A DNA stretch of 64,000 bases from Trypanosoma brucei (taxonomy: Eukaryota): NCBI GenBank assembly GCA_000002445.1, contig CH464491.1, positions 3,456,001 through 3,520,000 of the forward strand, given 5' to 3'. Both the position numbers and the translations under genes were made by a program. Positions 57,813 through 64,000 of the stretch are shown here, in pieces; position 1 is the first letter of the stretch, and each line of letters begins with the position of its first letter. The notes under the pieces are model-generated. The model had not been told where the DNA came from and did not search any database. It saw nothing but the letters and a program-made list of their open reading frames with translations.

Positions 57813-60272
57813 CTATTCTTCTTCATTTACAGGCCACTCATTTTCCAGCTTTAAGCAGTCCATTTCCTTGCGTGACCAGTCATTTTGCACTTGGAAGCAT
57901 CTGCGAACTAACGCCGCCGCCTCAAAATGGTCTCGGGCCCCATAGCTCGCTCTCACAATGAAGTCAGCACACCACGCTGCACAGAGGCTCCGCAGTGATG
58001 GGACTTGGAGCACTTCTGCCGCGCGCATGACGCGCAGCAACAGAGCAACGCGCTCCGCAGCGGGGGGCTCTACTAGAAGCACTCTGGAAATTCCAGAAAC
58101 CTTGAGGAACGGAGTGGGGTACGTATAACTCATATTTGGTGAATGCTCAACTATTTCCATCGCACGTGACACCTGCTCCTCCGTCTGACCAAGTATGTCG
58201 CGGTAGATGAAATTCCGCTCCCAGGGAGTCAAGAGTGCCACTAGAGGTGCAGTGAGAGGTTCAGGCGCGAGTGTGGGAAGGAGCTGCTCCTGGCGACTGT
58301 TCTCGTAGGGGTGTTGTTGATGGATCGTGGCGAAGTGCCGGAGGTACACGGCACAGTATCGCACGGCATCGGTTGATGGAGTTCGGTAGGGCCGCGACGC
58401 ACGCTCATCTGCGCGGGGACCACGTGCGGAATGTATTTTGCGCGTCTCCGAGGTAGTCGATACTTCAAGCGACGGAGCACCGTCTAAAGGTGCAGACAAG
58501 TCCGCTGGAATGCAAGTATTGCTTGGGCGTAGGGTACTGCTGCTGGCTGACTTCCCCAGTGAAGATTTGTGTGAGGAGTGAAATGGTATTGTCTGACTAA
58601 TCTCGAGGTTGCTACTCGCCCCGCTTCGCCTCGATTCCGTCTTTCCCGCTGCTTCCCACTCACCGGCTATCTCATTTGAATCACAAAACCAGTTCTGCAA
58701 TTTGATGACGATTTCCTTGTCAGTGATGTGCATGCATTGCCGCATCGGGCGGCCCTCGACTTCTCCATTGGCACCTTCATCATCGCCGTCATCGCCTAAA
58801 GCACTACTATTGGGTTGCTGCTTCCGGGTCTGGGAAACACTATCCGCCCTCATGCTACTCATAAGTCCACGAGGACTTAGTGACCTTTCACCTGAGAAAC
58901 GACTAGAACCCTCTATGGGAGATGACACGTCCTTACCTTTGCTTGAATGCTGGCACAGTGGCCGCGAAGTGGTCTCTAACTGCAATGTCTCCTCAATTGT
59001 GGGAGATGCACAGTCACCGCTGGGGATTGTGGAGTCGTCTTCGTCCCCGATCATGCATGGGGTGCGTTGATGGTAACTCCCGGGGGACACAAGCCCCTCG
59101 TTTGTCTGACTGTTTGGTGTGAAGAAAGGCATGACCGATCCCGTTCCTGACGCTACGAAAACCTCCTGCGTAAGCCCCTCTTCTGCCTCGTCTGTTCTTG
59201 GCGACACGACAGCAGCGGCAACGGGGCTACATTTATTAGCCGTTACCAGCTCCTCGTCCTTTGACATCCTGGAGCCGCACACCTCTGAGGGACTTGATTC
59301 CACATTGGAGGTTTTGCCATCACGTTCAAGTGTTTCGGGTGTGACCTCCGCCGATAGGGAGGGGGGGTCCTTATTATCTTCAGCACCACGGTCGCTAGTC
59401 TGTAACTCATCATCATCTGAACCAAGCGTGATGGCGTGCGCGGCGGTATTGGTGCTCGGTGACACTTCGCGTGATTTGGTTGACGATCGTTTTTGTGACA
59501 GCTCATCCTTGCAGCCGCCTTCTTCACCCCCCATTCCTGCCTGTATTTCCTCTTCCTCCCCACTCCCCCTACTTTCATCATCATCCAAGGTGCTGGGCGT
59601 GGCGCTATCATCTCCACTGGTTCCCCCCTTATCTCCCCTAAGTGGCACATGATGTTCTAATGGCGTGAAACCACCACTGTTGCCAGGCACCGTCTTGTCT
59701 CCACTGGCGTGAAATTTCTCCTGACGATCGCCTTCCAGCCCTACCTCATGTCCGCGAGGTGTCGTTCCCTTTGCTTCTGATTCGGCTTTTCCTCCGTGCG
59801 TGCACACCGTTGGAAGAGAAAACGTAACAGGTGACGGTGAAGGAGAGTCGTTATCGGCTTCATCGTCGTCAAGAACACTCGCTGTGCCATCTGTATCGTC
59901 AGAGTTTCTCGATGGACTACCCTGTTCCCTACCGTAGCACGCCCGCTCAAACCCGTTAACTTTTCTACCTCTCAGTGCTGATTTGGACCCTAAAGACTGT
60001 TCGCACACGTCGTTGATTGAACCCACATTAAGACTCCTCATGCCGCTTCGATGGCCGTCGTAATCTTCGTCACCAATTCGGTCGGGGGTCCGCTCGGAGT
60101 CAGAGTCGCTGCATACGTACGTGTCGCCGTCTATTGCTGTCCCCGGTGACGCGAAGCCGTACATTTCTTCCCAACTGTCCAACACACGCCGCACCATTCC
60201 CGAGAGCTGCGCGGCTTCCTCTGGTACCGCGATGCGCGCACCATCCTGCGTCTGCAAGAAAATTAGAGGCAT
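57813..60272 (-). CDS. Skp1-like protein with a ~600-aa low-complexity insertion between the POZ-like N-terminus and the Skp1 C-terminal domain
   Basis: The N-terminus reads MPLIFLQTQDGARIAVPEEAAQLSGMVRRVL (Skp1 start). The C-terminus reads ...LCAAWCADFIVRASYGARDHFEAAALVRRCFQVQNDWSRKEMDCLKLENEWPVNEEE (Skp1 helices plus ENEW terminus). The middle is Ser/Asp/Gly/Glu-rich and apparently disordered. Confidence 0.55.
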   Translation of the reverse strand: MPLIFLQTQDGARIAVPEEAAQLSGMVRRVLDSWEEMYGFASPGTAIDGDTYVCSDSDSERTPDRIGDEDYDGHRSGMRSLNVGSINDVCEQSLGSKSALRGRKVNGFERACYGREQGSPSRNSDDTDGTASVLDDDEADNDSPSPSPVTFSLPTVCTHGGKAESEAKGTTPRGHEVGLEGDRQEKFHASGDKTVPGNSGGFTPLEHHVPLRGDKGGTSGDDSATPSTLDDDESRGSGEEEEIQAGMGGEEGGCKDELSQKRSSTKSREVSPSTNTAAHAITLGSDDDELQTSDRGAEDNKDPPSLSAEVTPETLERDGKTSNVESSPSEVCGSRMSKDEELVTANKCSPVAAAVVSPRTDEAEEGLTQEVFVASGTGSVMPFFTPNSQTNEGLVSPGSYHQRTPCMIGDEDDSTIPSGDCASPTIEETLQLETTSRPLCQHSSKGKDVSSPIEGSSRFSGERSLSPRGLMSSMRADSVSQTRKQQPNSSALGDDGDDEGANGEVEGRPMRQCMHITDKEIVIKLQNWFCDSNEIAGEWEAAGKTESRRSGASSNLEISQTIPFHSSHKSSLGKSASSSTLRPSNTCIPADLSAPLDGAPSLEVSTTSETRKIHSARGPRADERASRPYRTPSTDAVRYCAVYLRHFATIHQQHPYENSRQEQLLPTLAPEPLTAPLVALLTPWERNFIYRDILGQTEEQVSRAMEIVEHSPNMSYTYPTPFLKVSGISRVLLVEPPAAERVALLLRVMRAAEVLQVPSLRSLCAAWCADFIVRASYGARDHFEAAALVRRCFQVQNDWSRKEMDCLKLENEWPVNEEE

Positions 60273-60946
60273 CTTTCAGTAACCATGCAGGATGGGGATG
60301 CTGTGGGAGTTCGGCGCTTGTGAACTCTTTTCTTTTCTCTACCGAGATCGGTTTCACGGGGGTTCTCTCCTTCCTACTGCCCCCTCTCCCTCTGCTGCCA
60401 GCTTTACCTCTTTTACTCCTTCCCTATATTCTTTTCCCTTTTATAACAACAACAATAAGAAAGAAAGTACTTATATATATATTGCTTAGTTTGCTAAATC
60501 AACTATACAACAATGCTATCACAAGGGCCACGAAATGAACTTTCGGGACAACTTCACTCAAGATCGACAACCGCGTGGATGTCCATTTGCCTCTTCCCCC
60601 CTTTTGTTGTTTTCCAATCCTTTAGCATCCCCTGACTGTGCTTGGAGCAGCCCCTGACGAAATTCTCTACTTTGAGAGGAGCTGTCCTCGACTTGATGCA
60701 GCCTTCTGGAAAACATAAATGCCACCAATGACTCTATCAAAAGGTGAACGGGGCAAGTCAACCCGACGGACAAAAGACAACAGTGGTTATGGGAGCAAGC
60801 GGTAGCAACGTGCGTGCACCTATGCGCATACACACATATAAGAAGTAACATCAACACAACCGATGCCTCTTTTTGTAGTCACCCCCACAAAAAAAAAGGG
60901 TGCCATAAGAAACTTGTTTTGTCCTTTTCCCCTTCCGACCACTGAA

Positions 60947-62266
60947 CTAACGATTCTTAACTTTGGACTCCAGTATGGACCGATGTCGTTTCGACTCACC
61001 TAAAACAAACCACTGAAACTGCCCACGGCGATAGTACGTTTCACATCGTGCTTGTGTGACATGCGGCGCTACTTCTCCACAGTGACCACCATCCGTGTTG
61101 CTGGAAACGTCGTAAAGACTCAGCACAGCAGACGCGAGAGGTACATCAAATGTACTGGTGCTATTCGCAATGAATGTCTTAAAGGCACACCCACCCACAG
61201 CTGTGGTGGAAGTGTTCTCCCATTCATCTCCATCCTCGCTATCATCTTCCCATTCGTCATCATCATCGTCATCGTAATCTCTGGCTCTCTTCTTGGATCG
61301 GTCTGGCGGCAAGGGCTGCTTTGCGTCAGCCTGCGGGCCCGCTTTACTTGTCATTGGGGACGCACATGCCAAAGCAGATAACATGCCTACTGTGGCAGAG
61401 AAATTATTTGAATTGTAATTCACCTCACTCACACCTAGACTTTTGCCGCGGTCGTCACAACCGATGCCATCAGCTTTCTTATAGGTGTTGAGATCAGCCT
61501 CTACCACGTGCAGCGGCACGCTAGTGGATGTGAAAGATGCATCACCTTCTGCGACCGAACACCACTCACTGAAGAGTACATCCGCCAACAACTCCACAGG
61601 TATTTCCGTGGGCTTTCGATCATCCTGCCACTTGTCGTCTCCCTCTTCTTTGACTCTCACGTCGCCCGCTGTAACAGCTACGATTTGCTCCATTGCATAA
61701 GTGAGATCTTCTCGGCGTATCGTTTTCCTCATGCCACCGACGCGCTCCCGCAGAATCTTTAGCAACTCTTCCACGAAAGTTTGCCGCCCTGCTGACTCGT
61801 AACGCCGCTGGAGGTGGCGGAGCACCCGGCACCGCGCAGCAGCTTCTGGTGGGCGTGGATGAGCCCATGGTGTCACCACTGGCGCAAGGTGGGATAAATT
61901 GAACCAACCATCCGCCATGGCACCCGTAAGAAAGGGATCTGCGCGCGTGTGGCCACTGACACGAGGGCGCAACCTGTTAGTGTCTGCCACCCACTGTGGG
62001 TTGGAGAGTGATGATGAACTTAATAGACGGACCCAAACCGGGAGAATGCCTTCAAGTGTTTTCCGCTGCTTAGCATGTAGAAGCGGACCCCCCGTGTCCT
62101 CACACTGCTGTTTTTCACCATCATACGCCGGCGAGGCTTCGTGCCCATCTAATACTGAGAAAAAGTTTTTAATAAAGCTCTCAGCGGTGCTGCCCTCATC
62201 GTGTGCCGCCATAAGCTGATGAAACGCTGTTGGAGCCCCTCTCCCCCTTTTCGTACCGTCGTTCAC
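60947..62266 (-). CDS. Hypothetical protein (439 aa) with acidic D/E cluster
   Basis: Long ORF in the array orientation. Contains RDYDDDDDDEWEDDSEDGDEWE. No recognisable domain. Confidence 0.45.
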   Translation of the reverse strand: MNDGTKRGRGAPTAFHQLMAAHDEGSTAESFIKNFFSVLDGHEASPAYDGEKQQCEDTGGPLLHAKQRKTLEGILPVWVRLLSSSSLSNPQWVADTNRLRPRVSGHTRADPFLTGAMADGWFNLSHLAPVVTPWAHPRPPEAAARCRVLRHLQRRYESAGRQTFVEELLKILRERVGGMRKTIRREDLTYAMEQIVAVTAGDVRVKEEGDDKWQDDRKPTEIPVELLADVLFSEWCSVAEGDASFTSTSVPLHVVEADLNTYKKADGIGCDDRGKSLGVSEVNYNSNNFSATVGMLSALACASPMTSKAGPQADAKQPLPPDRSKKRARDYDDDDDDEWEDDSEDGDEWENTSTTAVGGCAFKTFIANSTSTFDVPLASAVLSLYDVSSNTDGGHCGEVAPHVTQARCETYYRRGQFQWFVLGESKRHRSILESKVKNR

Positions 62267-64000
62267 AAAGGCCAGCCAACAAAGAGAGATGAGTGAATTT
62301 TCAACAAAAATGAATACATCACCATCAGCATTACCGCCGAAGTGTTGACGGGGGAAGCAGCCGCGTTAACACTGATTCCGTTTAGCTGTTGGAGGACACA
62401 CCGTTGACGGCAATCCAATCATCGGCAATGTTTTATTACGGTAGTAAACCAGGAGAGAAGAGGGAAATAATGTGCCAACAGCGGATTACCCAAATATGTT
62501 CGCTTGGGGGACAAATATAAATCAATCAGAACGGTGCTAATGAATGAATGACAAGGGAGCACATAGCCGCGGTGGTGCGACCTGTCCTCCAGCTAGAGTA
62601 AATCGAAAGTGAGTAAGGGGAACAACCGTCCCTTTTTTAAAGAAAGAGATCACGTTTGAGTCTCATGACCCTGAGTCCACACATGCAAAAAAGAATGTGT
62701 TTACACCCTCTTTTCTCTCCTTGATCGGAATACAACCCACACGATATGTATATATGCACGCTTACGACAACCCATGTGTACTAATGTAGGATTTGGAAGG
62801 CGAATTGTATGCGGTGCTACAGCTGTAACAAAGCCACCCCTCAATCCCGGTGCAGGAAGCCTGCTGTGGCGATTTTTCCGCACCAAAGCCCCACCGAAAG
62901 AACTCTGCGCAGGTGGCTCAACAGTTGTAATCACAACACTCCACGCACATTTCATTGATGTAAGCGACGCGGAAAAAGGAAGTCAGTCGATTCATGTCTG
63001 AGAACCTCCTTGTGTGTAGCGAGTTGCCACCACGGTTGCCCAAACAAATGTTGCCCGACCATTCGTCCTCCCTTCCCTTCCAAATCTCAAACACTAATTT
63101 CCCCCCTTCACCACACTGGTGGAGTAAAATAAACAAAGAAACAAAAAATACCCGCTCTTTTTCACCCAAATCACTGTCCTGCGCGGCTTTTCATTTTGTG
63201 TTCCCCCTCGTTCTTTGCCCACACCAGATGTGTTCACCACATGGAGCCACTCTAGCATTCACGTAATACCGTTCCTTTATTAGTTTATTACTCTGGGGTT
63301 GTTTTGGCCCCTTACTTTAGTTAAAAGCTCTCCTTTCCACCTCCTAATATCCTCCTTTTTTTTTCTCACCTTATTTTATTTCCTTCGCCCTCTTCTGATA
63401 ACGCGTAGGAAAAATACACCAAGACGTTAAGAGGAACCAAATTAAGAGGAATATAGCACTGCGCACCCAATTCATAGACGAAATCAGTGACGTCAACGAA
63501 AAGGTGATGTGAAAATCAACGCTAAAGTCATCTGAAGGCGTTTAACAAACTTAGGGCGCCATTAAGCGAAATTGTGCGGGCTGCACGGCAGATGTTGCCG
63601 CTACTTGACTGCGGGGAAGCGTTCAGATGAAATCAAACTTTTCGCCCGTCTCCTTCGTCTGGTACACCCCCTTCTTCTCCCGTCCTCACTATTTGTTTCC
63701 TTTCCTCTTTCCGCCGCAATTAATTAGTTTCATGATCTCGCTTCCACCCTGGAGCAATTAAGCCTTCTTCATTCCCTCCCTCTCCCCTTACACACAAAAA
63801 AAAAAGCAGGGGGAAGGGGAGGTGGGAAACGATGGTGATGGAGAGGGAGCATGACTCAAAAGTTTTTAAACAACTCCACTGTTTCTTTTAGTTATCATCC
63901 GGTCCGCCGCCAATTCGATTCATGTAGTTCCGTTGACCACAATTGTTACCCGTACCCACCCAGTTTCAATACAAGGGGGACGATTTATAATCACAAAAGT

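Noticed and set aside
1-64000. CRISPR arrays, operons or prokaryotic defence systems
   Set aside because: This is eukaryotic (kinetoplastid) DNA. No short regularly spaced direct repeats with unique spacers are present. All tandem repeats are microsatellites or the 1.5-kb segmental repeat.

Overview
This 64-kb window looks like a trypanosomatid nuclear chromosome segment. A Trypanosoma brucei-group organism is likely, because a complete RIME-type retroposon is present. Supporting the kinetoplastid call: genes are intron-less and densely packed, intergenic regions are rich in polypyrimidine and microsatellite tracts, and recognisable orthologues include eIF2-gamma, EF1-gamma, Tim17, IFT25, Skp1, CDC50, a PDAT/LCAT-like lipase and a membrane acid phosphatase. 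All ~22 credible protein-coding ORFs lie on the minus strand, so they belong to one directional polycistronic unit or to two head-to-tail units. That array is interrupted at ~9.6-17.9 kb by a structurally complex island. The island holds three pol III tRNA genes: Ala-CGC and Arg-CCG on the minus strand and Phe-GAA on the plus strand. These sit in a ~3.5-kb unique core, which also contains a degenerate ingi/RIME-like retroposon 5' end. A ~1.5-kb repeat brackets the core: one copy on the left and two tandem, inverted copies on the right, separated by a 100-N assembly gap. The rightmost copy is split by an apparently young 504-bp RIME insertion with a poly(A) tail and a perfect 10-bp target-site duplication. 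The repeat boundary cuts through the 3' end of the adjacent 441-aa gene, leaving an orphan 53-codon fragment in the inverted copy. Elsewhere, the most notable gene-level observation is a tandem pair of Skp1-like paralogues, one of which carries a ~600-aa low-complexity insertion inside the Skp1 fold. No prokaryotic-type systems (CRISPR, operons) are present. Functions are inferred from motifs I can recognise by eye, not from database searches.
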